A stretch of 17,277 nt of DNA from Promethearchaeota archaeon (GTDB lineage Archaea; Asgardarchaeota; Lokiarchaeia; Sigyniarchaeales; SOKP01), in the NCBI GenBank assembly GCA_048938025.1, contig JBHLMP010000040.1:1-17277 (forward strand). Direction: 5' to 3'. Under the pieces are notes generated by a model. That model was given only the letters and a program-made list of their open reading frames with translations, did no database searches and was not told the DNA's origin. Below, piece after piece: positions 7,879 to 16,392 of the stretch (its first letter is position 1; each line of letters opens with the position of its first letter). A program made the translations under genes and the position numbers.

Positions 7879-9285
7879 TTATTTTGGTTTCAATTCTGGA
7901 TGCTTTTCTAACTCCATTCTCATTTGCTCTAATCTTGGACCATGTAATCCATAATATTTCAAAAACAGAATTGCAATAGCACATCCAATGGCTGGAAATA
8001 ACATAACTATCAATTTTAGACCAATCTCTACGTTAACACCTGGATTAACCGTATATCCACCTGCCCAGTCTGTCCCTTGAAAAACAAGTCCGATAGTAAG
8101 CATTGTAAAAATCGTTGAAGTTCTATGGATAAAAGCATTAATTCCATAATAGCTAGCTGATCTTTTTACTCCATATTTAAGAGCATCTTCATCAATAACG
8201 TCTCCAATCAAAATATCCACGTAAAAAAAACAACCAGATAATCCAAAACCTTGAATAGCCGCAAAAAATACACCTAATCCAGTATCCCCACTCCCAAGAA
8301 ATAAGAATGGAATTAATAAAAAAATCCAAATAGCTAAAGTTATCATAAGTCCATTACGCATTCCTACTTTTGAACCTAACTTTTTATGTATGGGTAAGAT
8401 AAATGCAGAGACTACTAATGGAGCTACTAAAGCTAATGTAACCCAAAATGATTCTTCTCCAACATCAACTACATGTGTAAAAAATAAGGGAAAGATAGTT
8501 ATTAAAGTATTAAATACATACCAAATCATAGTGTTAGCGATAACAAATTGTATAAATGTTTTATTTTTCAGTGTAGATTTTAAGGATTCAAAAAATTTAG
8601 GTCTTTTTGCGAAAATTTCTTGTACTTCTTCTTTTTCTCTTATTCCTTTTAGAATAAATGGTATTGCAAATAGAATTGTTAATATTGCAAGAATAATTCC
8701 CGCCATCATATAATTAATTTTTATTTGTCTAAGTTCTTCAGCGGTCCCAGTAAGGGGTACTAATGGTGTTAATAAGAGAGTCGGAAGTGCAGCTAAAATT
8801 ACAGCAAGGACAGTAAAACCTTTAACAAATATATTTGCTTGAGCTCTTTTTTTCTCTGTAGGAAACATTTCTGGAAAAATTGCATTTACATTAACATCAA
8901 ACATTGTATAGAAGAATTCAAAAAGCATTATGATAATGATAAAGTAAATGAATTCCACCATTTTTGCTTCAGTCGCAAAAGGTACAATTAACAATAATAT
9001 CATTGTTATTGCAAGCGGAATAAGCGATATAGTTACGTAAAATTTTCTTTTACCCCATTTTCCTCTATGTTTTGTTCTATCAGATAAAGCTCCTAATATA
9101 GGATCATTAAACATGTTCCAAATAGCCCATAGAATAAAACCAATCCATACAAGGTTTCCAAGATCAACAATCGAGTAGTAAAATGTAAAAACAAAAAGTC
9201 CAAATGCCTGATAAGTCATTTGATCAGGAATAGCGCTTATACCAAAGAGTATTTTTTCTTTTAATGGTACTGATTCTTCACTCAT
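7879..9285 (-). CDS. MFS transporter, GPH/MelB (MFS_2) family, second paralog
   Basis: 12 TM. Motifs 'WNMFNDPILGALSDRTKHRGKWGKRK' and 'GDVIDED..KYGVKRSASYYG'. Confidence 0.92.
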   Translation of the reverse strand: MSEESVPLKEKILFGISAIPDQMTYQAFGLFVFTFYYSIVDLGNLVWIGFILWAIWNMFNDPILGALSDRTKHRGKWGKRKFYVTISLIPLAITMILLLIVPFATEAKMVEFIYFIIIIMLFEFFYTMFDVNVNAIFPEMFPTEKKRAQANIFVKGFTVLAVILAALPTLLLTPLVPLTGTAEELRQIKINYMMAGIILAILTILFAIPFILKGIREKEEVQEIFAKRPKFFESLKSTLKNKTFIQFVIANTMIWYVFNTLITIFPLFFTHVVDVGEESFWVTLALVAPLVVSAFILPIHKKLGSKVGMRNGLMITLAIWIFLLIPFLFLGSGDTGLGVFFAAIQGFGLSGCFFYVDILIGDVIDEDALKYGVKRSASYYGINAFIHRTSTIFTMLTIGLVFQGTDWAGGYTVNPGVNVEIGLKLIVMLFPAIGCAIAILFLKYYGLHGPRLEQMRMELEKHPELKPK

Positions 9286-9497
9286 ATAACATCCCAGTTC
9301 AAAAAATTTAAACTAGTTGGTAATAAATGTAATTACATTTTTTGTTATTTAAAATTATGGTTCAATGACACTACTATTAAATTTGATTAAAGCAGGGGGA
9401 ATATATACTATTTTATTTAAATTTAATTATAGATATTTCATTACTCTAAATTAAAATGAAAAATATTAAAACTAAAAAATGTGAAGTTTGATGAGAT

Positions 9498-10082
9498 ATG
9501 ACAGATTTAACTATAGAAGTAACTTATTTTGAAAAACCTGGACGCGAAAACACAGATCAAGCGATAAAAATTGCTAAGAAATACGCTGATCAATTCAAAG
9601 TTAAAGACATTATAATGGCTAGTACAACAGGTACAGTTGCGGAAAAGGTAATTAAATTATTTAATCCAAGTGATTATAATTTAGTCGTAATAACACACTC
9701 GTATTACTTTGTAGGAAGTGAAAAGAGACAAGAATTTCCAGATGAAAAGATTTTTGCTTTAAAAGAAAAAGGAGTTAAAGTTTTTATTGGAACCCATGCC
9801 TTAGCAGGTCCTGAAAGGAGTATTCGAAGATCTCTAAACCAATGGGGTCCAGTTGAGTTAATGGCCAAATATTTAAGAGAACAATTTAGTCAAGGCACGA
9901 AAGTGTGTATGGAAATTGCTACGATGGCTGTTGATGCAGGTATGATTGAAGATCTTGAAAGGGATGTAATTTGCATTGGAGGATCTGGTCGTGGTGCAGA
10001 TACAGTTTGTTTAATTAAGCCAGCACCTACTAGTTTATTTGATAAATTACGAGTAAAAGCAATACTATGTAAACCATTATAA
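9498..10082 (+). CDS. MTH1675-like protein (pyruvate kinase C-terminal alpha/beta fold, COG1751)
   Basis: Motifs 'YFEKPGRENT', 'ASTTG', 'THALAG.ER', 'FSQGTKVCMEIATMAVDAG', 'IGGSGRGADT' and 'ILCKP'. Confidence 0.88.
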   Translation: MTDLTIEVTYFEKPGRENTDQAIKIAKKYADQFKVKDIIMASTTGTVAEKVIKLFNPSDYNLVVITHSYYFVGSEKRQEFPDEKIFALKEKGVKVFIGTHALAGPERSIRRSLNQWGPVELMAKYLREQFSQGTKVCMEIATMAVDAGMIEDLERDVICIGGSGRGADTVCLIKPAPTSLFDKLRVKAILCKPL

Positions 10083-10127
10083 TATAATAATCAATAGCCT
10101 TTTCTAAAACAAATAAAAAAATAATTT

Positions 10128-11315
10128 TTATATTATTTTTAATTTTTTACCTATCTTTTCTATAGCGCTTAAGGCAGTATTCAGATCATCTTTAGTTAAT
10201 AACGCGTTCATTTGGACTCTAATTCTGGAAAGTTCTCTAGCAACCATAGGAAAAACAATAGGAGTTCCATATATATTTTCTTCTTCAAATAAAACTCGTG
10301 CTAATTCTTGTGCTTTCCCAGGATCCCCTATAATTAAGGGAATTATTGGAGTTTCTGAATTTCCTGTATTATAACCCATATTTTGAACTTCTTTCTTAAA
10401 ATAATTTGTATTATCCCATACTTTTTTAACGTGTTCGGGTTCTTTTTCAACCACTTCGATTGAAGCAATGCAAGCAGCTACTACTCCAGGAGGATGGGCA
10501 GTGCTAAGTAAATAAGTTCGACTTTTATTTGCGCAAAACTCTATTAAAGCTTTAGATCCTGCAACAGTACCTCCAAACACACCAAAACCCTTACTCATCG
10601 AACCACCTTCTACATGTACTTTTCCTTGTAGCTTGAAATGAGCTACAATTCCACGTCCATTTCCCAAAACTCCTTCTCCATGGCAATCATCAACGAAAAT
10701 GATTCCATTGTATTCCTCTGCAACTTTTGCGATGTCCCCTAATGGAGCCATGTCCCCGTCCATCGAAAAGACGCCATCAGTTATAATACAGATTCTTCTT
10801 GCTCCCTCCTTCTCAGCTTCTCTTAATTGAGCCTCTAAATCTGAGACATCCCTGTGTTTATATATTATTCTTTTAGCACCAGACAACCTAACACCATCAA
10901 TAATAGAACCATGGTTTAATTCATCGGAGACTACGATATCTGGCTTTCCAACTAGCATAGGTATTAAACCCGAATTAACTGCAAATCCTGTTTGACATAA
11001 CAATGAAGATTCGACTTCTTTGAATTTAGCGAATTTTTCTTGAAATTTTTTAGTTAAATCAAATGAACCAGCAATAACAGGGACGGCTCCAGCACCTGCA
11101 CCATATTTTTTTGTTGCATCAACAGCGGCTTGTATTACTTTTGGATGCGTTGCCAGTCCAAGATAATTATTTGTATTTAACATTAATACTTTTTTTCCAT
11201 CCACTAATGAATGTGGCTTCGATCCCTCCTCAAGATATCTAATAATCCATTCAAGATTATTGCTTCTTAATTCAGTCATCTCTTCTTTTAGAAATGCTAC
11301 CGGATCTCTTTTCAT
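10128..11315 (-). CDS. kbl: 2-amino-3-ketobutyrate CoA ligase (glycine C-acetyltransferase), PLP-dependent alpha-oxoamine synthase
   Basis: Motifs 'NNYLGLA', 'SDELNHGSIIDG', 'TDGVFSMDGD', 'DDCHGEG', 'GSMSKGFG' (PLP Lys) and 'RIRVQ'. Divergent from threonine dehydrogenase. GGTGA Shine-Dalgarno at 11324-11320. Confidence 0.85.
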   Translation of the reverse strand: MKRDPVAFLKEEMTELRSNNLEWIIRYLEEGSKPHSLVDGKKVLMLNTNNYLGLATHPKVIQAAVDATKKYGAGAGAVPVIAGSFDLTKKFQEKFAKFKEVESSLLCQTGFAVNSGLIPMLVGKPDIVVSDELNHGSIIDGVRLSGAKRIIYKHRDVSDLEAQLREAEKEGARRICIITDGVFSMDGDMAPLGDIAKVAEEYNGIIFVDDCHGEGVLGNGRGIVAHFKLQGKVHVEGGSMSKGFGVFGGTVAGSKALIEFCANKSRTYLLSTAHPPGVVAACIASIEVVEKEPEHVKKVWDNTNYFKKEVQNMGYNTGNSETPIIPLIIGDPGKAQELARVLFEEENIYGTPIVFPMVARELSRIRVQMNALLTKDDLNTALSAIEKIGKKLKII

Positions 11316-11506
11316 TTAATCACCATTTATATAATATTATTTAGATTGTTTTGTTTAACCGTGATAGTCTTATATTTTTTGTATTAAATAAAGTTTTATC
11401 AATATCAAATTAAGATTGATTGCTATAAAAACAAAGTCATAAAACTTTTTTATGCGATAAAATTATGATACACTACTAAAATTCTACCAATAAGTTACTG
11501 ATTAAA

Positions 11507-12451
11507 ATGAAAAAAGTTTTAGTAATTGGAGCTGCTGGGCAAATTGGAAGTGAATTAGTCCCCGCATTACGAGAAAAATATGGTAATGATAATGTTATTG
11601 CTACTGGAAGAAAGACACCTCTCCCAACAATCATACAGGAAACTGGACCTGTAATATATTTGGATGCTTTAGAAAAAAATGTTCTTAAAAAAGTGATTTA
11701 TGAAAATAATATAGATACTATTTTTCTTATGGCGTCTGTTCTTTCTGCAACAGGGGAAAAAATGCCTCAGACGGCTTGGGATATTAATATCAATGGATTA
11801 CTAAACATCCTTGAAATTGGAAGAACATATAATATAGAAAGGATTATATGGCCAAGTTCCATAGCTGCTTTTGGTCCTACAACGCCTCGAGATAATACAC
11901 CTAATGATACTATTTTACAACCTACCACTATGTATGGTATAACAAAAGTAACTGGCGAACTCTTAGTAGAATATTATTACAAAAAATATGGTGTTGATAC
12001 TCGATCTATGAGGTTACCTGGTATCATCAGTAGTGAAACCCTTCCTGGCGGGGGTACAACAGATTATGCAGTTGAGATTTTTTATGAAGCTATTAAGAAA
12101 AAGCAATATACTTGTTTTCTAAAGGAAGATACAGTCTTACCTATGATGTATATGCCTGACTGCCTGAAGTGTATGATTGACCTCTTAGAAGCAGATAATT
12201 CAAAATTAAAACGTCGTATATATAATGTGACTGGGATAAGTTTTTCAGCAGGAGAATTAGCTACAGAAATAAAAAAACACATTCCTGAATTTAAAATTGA
12301 CTATAAACCTGATTTTAGGCAAGAAATTGCAGATTCTTGGCCAAAATCAATTAATGATTTACTTGCGCGTGAGGAATGGGGTTGGAATCCTACTTTTAAT
12401 CTTGCTTCAATGACAAAGGATATGATTGAGAAATTAAGTAAAAGATTGTAA
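11507..12451 (+). CDS. tdh: L-threonine 3-dehydrogenase, extended SDR type
   Basis: GAAGQIG NAD-binding motif, 'LSATGE', 'PSSIAAFG', YGITK (YxxxK), 'PGGGTTDYA', 'LPMMYMPD' and 'RQEIADSWP', all characteristic of SDR-type TDH. Confidence 0.92.
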   Translation: MKKVLVIGAAGQIGSELVPALREKYGNDNVIATGRKTPLPTIIQETGPVIYLDALEKNVLKKVIYENNIDTIFLMASVLSATGEKMPQTAWDININGLLNILEIGRTYNIERIIWPSSIAAFGPTTPRDNTPNDTILQPTTMYGITKVTGELLVEYYYKKYGVDTRSMRLPGIISSETLPGGGTTDYAVEIFYEAIKKKQYTCFLKEDTVLPMMYMPDCLKCMIDLLEADNSKLKRRIYNVTGISFSAGELATEIKKHIPEFKIDYKPDFRQEIADSWPKSINDLLAREEWGWNPTFNLASMTKDMIEKLSKRL

Positions 12452-12491
12452 ATACAAAGTTCTCAATTTATTATTTCTTCCTTAATAATTA

Positions 12492-12499
12492 TTTTTTTT
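12492..12499 (+). terminator. Oligo-T terminator after tdh
   Basis: T8 about 40 nt downstream of the tdh stop. Confidence 0.45.
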
Positions 12500-12627
12500 C
12501 ATGATTTAAGAAGAAAGATCCTCCATTGTTAAAGGACTATCTCTAAATTATTCAACTTCAAGAAAATAATTAAAATAATATTCATCATATACTTTTTTAG
12601 ATGTAATTAATTAATGATGAGAGAAGT

Positions 12628-13398
12628 ATGAAAATCGTTTTTCATGAAAAATATTACAATTCAGAATATGCCTGGGATCCTGCTGCCTCTCCTGGACGTT
12701 TAGAAGGTATAATGAAGGTTCTATCAGATAATAAAGAATATGAAATAATAGTACCCAAACCTGCAACTGAAAAAGACATCTTAAGGGCTCACACTCATAG
12801 ACATGTCCAAAGTATAAAAAGGAACGGATTATTATATGAACTAGCATCGCTTGCAGCTGGTGGTGCTATCTTAGCTGTTGAAGAAGCACACAAAGGGAAT
12901 CCAACTTTTGCGGTTATAAGACCACCCGGACATCATGCATCAGCAGATTCATGCTGGGGTTTTTGTTATTTCAATAATATTAGTATAAGCTTATTAAAGC
13001 TCTATTCTGAGGGTAAAATAAAATCAGCGTTTATATTAGATTTTGACCTTCATACGGGTGACGGCAATATCAATATTTTAACAAATAGAGATGATGATTT
13101 CAGAGTTAAAATTCTTAATCCATATTCTAGTGGTAGAACTGGTTATATAAAAGAAGTAAAAGCATATATGCAAGATTTACGCAATATTGATATTTTTGTA
13201 GCATCTGCAGGTTTCGACCAGGGCATTGATGATTGGGGTCATCTTTTATATCCTGAGGATTATTTGGAACTTGGTCAATTAATGAAAGAATATTCTGAAA
13301 AATTATGTGAAGGTAAAAGGTATGCTTTATTAGAAGGTGGATATAATCACAGCGTTCTACCTAAAAATGTAGATTCATTTTGTCAAGGCTTCAAATAA
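12628..13398 (+). CDS. Zn-dependent histone deacetylase-family amidohydrolase (class II-like), unusually short
   Basis: Motifs RPPGHHA, GFCYFNN, DFDLHTGDG, SAGFD and LEGGY. 256 aa. Confidence 0.93.
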   Translation: MKIVFHEKYYNSEYAWDPAASPGRLEGIMKVLSDNKEYEIIVPKPATEKDILRAHTHRHVQSIKRNGLLYELASLAAGGAILAVEEAHKGNPTFAVIRPPGHHASADSCWGFCYFNNISISLLKLYSEGKIKSAFILDFDLHTGDGNINILTNRDDDFRVKILNPYSSGRTGYIKEVKAYMQDLRNIDIFVASAGFDQGIDDWGHLLYPEDYLELGQLMKEYSEKLCEGKRYALLEGGYNHSVLPKNVDSFCQGFK

Positions 13399-13438
13399 AT
13401 CTTAAGAAGTAAAATATGAAAAAAATAATTAAATATAA

Positions 13439-14563
13439 TTAACCTTTGAAATAATTCAAGACTTTTTTCATACAAGCAAAAGAGCTTTTAATTTTCGACA
13501 TATCAGCTAAATACGTTGTATTATAGAATACGATATGTTTTAAGCCAACTTTAGCATATTCTTCGATTTTGCTAATAATTTCATCAGGAGTTCCATGCAT
13601 TATATTATCATCGCACATTTTGTTTGGTATTTTATTAAGTGCTTCTAAAATAGTCTCTCGATCGTATCGGGTTGGAATATAATCGAGTAATCCATAGAAA
13701 TCTTCTCCAAAAGGATGAGTTGTATCATATTCTTTAAAGACCGAATTTGGAAAGGTTAATAGATTATTTTTTACAACAGGAGTCTCTATTATATCGTTAC
13801 ATACATTATGATCTTCATCAATAACTAAATAACTATAAAGACCAGGCGTTATATCATCAGGATTTCTCCCCGCTTTTTTTGCAGAATTTCGAATATGATT
13901 TAAACGTAGCTTATATGACGGGGGATCTGAGTATGCTGGTAGCCATCCATCTCCTAATCTCCCTGTTATGTCAAGCATTTTTGGTCCATGAGCAGCTATC
14001 CATATAGGAGGTAATATCCCATCCTTATAAGGCTTTAATGTGAGTACAGCATCTTTTATCTTCCAAAAATCTCCATTATAACTAACTTTTTTGTCATTTT
14101 CCCATAAGAGTCTTATAATTTTAATAGCTTCCTCTAGTCTGCTAGCAGGTTTATCCCATTTAATACCATAAGGAATTACATTCTCTCCTTCTCCTGCTCC
14201 TATTCCACAAATTACTCTACCTTTAGAGATTCGATCTTGAGTTAATAAAGTCTGAGCAAGAACTGCAGGATGTCTTCTAAAAGTTTCAGTAACACTAGTT
14301 CCCAATAATATCTTGCTAGTATTCCATGCGGCAACAGCCATTATAGAAAATACTTCATGAAAAAAATGGGGATCATCCTGAAAAGCTGCTGCTTTAATAA
14401 GATCTGGAGTCCAAATTGATTCAGGAGTCCAACCCATTATATGATCAGCCATCCAGATTGAATCATAACCAATTTCTTCTATCCTTTTTATGCCTTTAAT
14501 TCCATCATCAATGGTTCCAACAAAACTTCCTTCCGTTCCTATTTTTATATCACTTATGTCCAT
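13439..14563 (-). CDS. LLM-class (luciferase-like) oxidoreductase, probably F420-dependent; Rv2951c/phthiodiolone ketoreductase-like
   Basis: Motifs 'WMADH', 'LGTSVTETFRRHPAVLAQ', 'GIGAGEGENVIPYG', 'PPIWIAAHGPKML..TGRLGDGWLP' and 'GTPDEI'. Confidence 0.88.
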   Translation of the reverse strand: MDISDIKIGTEGSFVGTIDDGIKGIKRIEEIGYDSIWMADHIMGWTPESIWTPDLIKAAAFQDDPHFFHEVFSIMAVAAWNTSKILLGTSVTETFRRHPAVLAQTLLTQDRISKGRVICGIGAGEGENVIPYGIKWDKPASRLEEAIKIIRLLWENDKKVSYNGDFWKIKDAVLTLKPYKDGILPPIWIAAHGPKMLDITGRLGDGWLPAYSDPPSYKLRLNHIRNSAKKAGRNPDDITPGLYSYLVIDEDHNVCNDIIETPVVKNNLLTFPNSVFKEYDTTHPFGEDFYGLLDYIPTRYDRETILEALNKIPNKMCDDNIMHGTPDEIISKIEEYAKVGLKHIVFYNTTYLADMSKIKSSFACMKKVLNYFKG

Positions 14564-14694
14564 ATAATCACAATTTATACAATAATTCTCTTATTTGAAA
14601 TCTATTTAAAGCAATAATTGAATTAAGTCTAAAATTTTAATATAGCTTTTGCTTTTTCTTAAATTTACAATTAAGGGAAAGACTATAATTGAAG

Positions 14695-14702
14695 TTTATA
14701 AC
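14695..14702 (+). promoter_or_regulatory. TATA box of the second LLM gene
   Basis: TTTATAAC ending 21 nt before ATG 14724, with no Shine-Dalgarno motif (leaderless-type spacing). Confidence 0.4.
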
Positions 14703-14723
14703 ATATTATAAATTTAATAAATT

Positions 14724-15770
14724 ATGAGATTTAGTTTTCATATTCCAGTACCAACTCCACGTCTTGCATATATGTTCGAAGGCACAAAAAAAGCTGAAGA
14801 ATGTGGATTTTATGGTGTTTTTTATGCCGATCATACAGCAATGTTGCCTCCAGGACCAGGAACGTGTTATGACGCTTATTGCTTTTTATCATCTTTAGCA
14901 ATGATAACAGAAAAGATAAAGTTATGTACTGGTGTTTCAGATTGCCATCGTTTTCACCCGGCTTTAATGGCTCATAAAGTAGCCACTTTAGATCAAATTT
15001 CTAATGGAAGAGGCATGATAGGGCTTGGAGCAGGTGAAGCAATGAATATTGATATGTATGGGATAAAACGAAAGAAATCAGTTACAAAATTACGAGAATA
15101 TATTGAACTAATGAGAAAATTTTGGACTAAGAAAAGAGTGAATAAAAGAAGTGAATTCTGGGGAGATATCAAAAATGCTTATATTCAAATAAAACCAATT
15201 CAAAAGAGCCCTCCAATTTATATCGCAGCTAATGGTCCAAAAACCCGTCAGTTAACTGGAGAATTAGCAGATGGATGGTATCCACTTTATCAACCACCAT
15301 GGCTCTATAAGCAAAATTCAAAAGAAGTATTTGATGCAGCAAAAGAAGCTGGTCGGGATCCTTCTGAAATTGATTATGTTTATGATTGTTTTGTGGCAAT
15401 AGATGATAATGATCCTGAAAATGCAATAAATAGATGTGAGTTTTTTAAAACATCATATTTGTTGAATTCTTGGATTACAAATGAAGCTTATCCAAATTTA
15501 AATCTACCTGAAAATTTTAATGTACATGATTATGATATGAGTACTAATGTCACATCAGGTTATCTAAATAATATAAATCGATTACCAGAAACAATTCTCC
15601 AGGATTTCAACTGTTTAGGTACTACAGACGATGTTATTGCAAATATTGAAAAATATAAAGAAGCTGGAGCAACACACCTTAGTATTATGAATAGGGGGCC
15701 TGATCCTAATAAAGTATATGAAATTTTTCGGGATAAAATTATCCCCTATTTTAAAGAATCAGAGAAATAA
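14724..15770 (+). CDS. LLM-class oxidoreductase, probably F420-dependent (Mer/Adf/FGD-like)
   Basis: Motifs 'YADH', 'GVSDCHRFHPA', 'TLDQISNGR..IGLGAGE..N', 'PPIYIAANGP' and 'GELADGW'. Confidence 0.88.
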   Translation: MRFSFHIPVPTPRLAYMFEGTKKAEECGFYGVFYADHTAMLPPGPGTCYDAYCFLSSLAMITEKIKLCTGVSDCHRFHPALMAHKVATLDQISNGRGMIGLGAGEAMNIDMYGIKRKKSVTKLREYIELMRKFWTKKRVNKRSEFWGDIKNAYIQIKPIQKSPPIYIAANGPKTRQLTGELADGWYPLYQPPWLYKQNSKEVFDAAKEAGRDPSEIDYVYDCFVAIDDNDPENAINRCEFFKTSYLLNSWITNEAYPNLNLPENFNVHDYDMSTNVTSGYLNNINRLPETILQDFNCLGTTDDVIANIEKYKEAGATHLSIMNRGPDPNKVYEIFRDKIIPYFKESEK

Positions 15771-15772
15771 TA

Positions 15773-16321
15773 TTACTTTTTACTTCTATTTTTTTTCCAT
15801 TCATCATTTAATAAACCCATAATAATGATATCATGATATTCTCCATTAATAAAATAAGCTTTTCTTTTTCTACCCTCTTCTATGAACCCTAACTTTTTGT
15901 ATAATTTTATAGCAGGGATATTAAAATCATAGACACTTAATTGGAGTCGATTAAGATTAAGGGTATTAAAGCCATAAGTAATTAATAATTCCATCGCTTC
16001 TGTGCCACATCCTTTACCTTGTTCTGATTTATCCCCAATCATTATACCGCATTCTCCCACTCTATTTTTCCAGTCGATTTTATGAATTCCGCAATTTCCT
16101 ATGAGTTTTTCAGATCCACCATTTAATGGAATGAGGATAGAGAAAAGAACATCATTTTCTCTGTCCTTTAATGATTCAAACCATTCTTCTTCCATTTCTT
16201 TAGTGATTGGTTTAAATATTAATAAGTATTGAGTAATCTCTGGATCATTTATCCATTTAAGATAACTATCTATGTATTCTCTTTTAGGTGGAGCAAGAAT
16301 AACTTTTTTTCCTTTTAGCAT
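15773..16321 (-). CDS. GNAT N-acetyltransferase, RimJ/RimL/SpeG-like
   Basis: 'QGKGCG' acetyl-CoA motif A, 'F..LNLNRL.L.V..FN..A..LY.KLGF..EG..R' and 'D...MGLL..EW'. Confidence 0.93.
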   Translation of the reverse strand: MLKGKKVILAPPKREYIDSYLKWINDPEITQYLLIFKPITKEMEEEWFESLKDRENDVLFSILIPLNGGSEKLIGNCGIHKIDWKNRVGECGIMIGDKSEQGKGCGTEAMELLITYGFNTLNLNRLQLSVYDFNIPAIKLYKKLGFIEEGRKRKAYFINGEYHDIIIMGLLNDEWKKNRSKK

Positions 16322-16392
16322 ACTAAATTTTAATACAACTAGAGAAAAAAATATTATGCAATCAATGAGAGATTAAAAAGAAATAAATTAAT

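Noticed and set aside
10128-11315. Annotation as bioF (8-amino-7-oxononanoate synthase)
   Set aside because: No biotin genes nearby, and the adjacent tdh and the RIRVQ motif favour Kbl.
750-15426. Short overlapping ORFs (750-1016, 1368-1574, 2065-2247, 2653-2901, 3774-4007, 7579-7806, 7796-7984, 8390-8713, 12082-12282, 12611-12847, 15229-15426)
   Set aside because: They are antisense or alternate-frame shadows of well-supported genes and show no recognisable motifs.
3044-16321. A complete sphingolipid/ceramide pathway (alpha-oxoamine synthase as SPT, SDR as reductase, GNAT as ceramide synthase, MFSD2-like carriers, Cwh43)
   Set aside because: The SDR carries the full set of threonine-dehydrogenase motifs, which explains the alpha-oxoamine synthase as Kbl. 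The GNAT is a short single-domain RimJ/SpeG type. The idea would be revived only if the synthase grouped with SPTs or used long-chain acyl-CoA.
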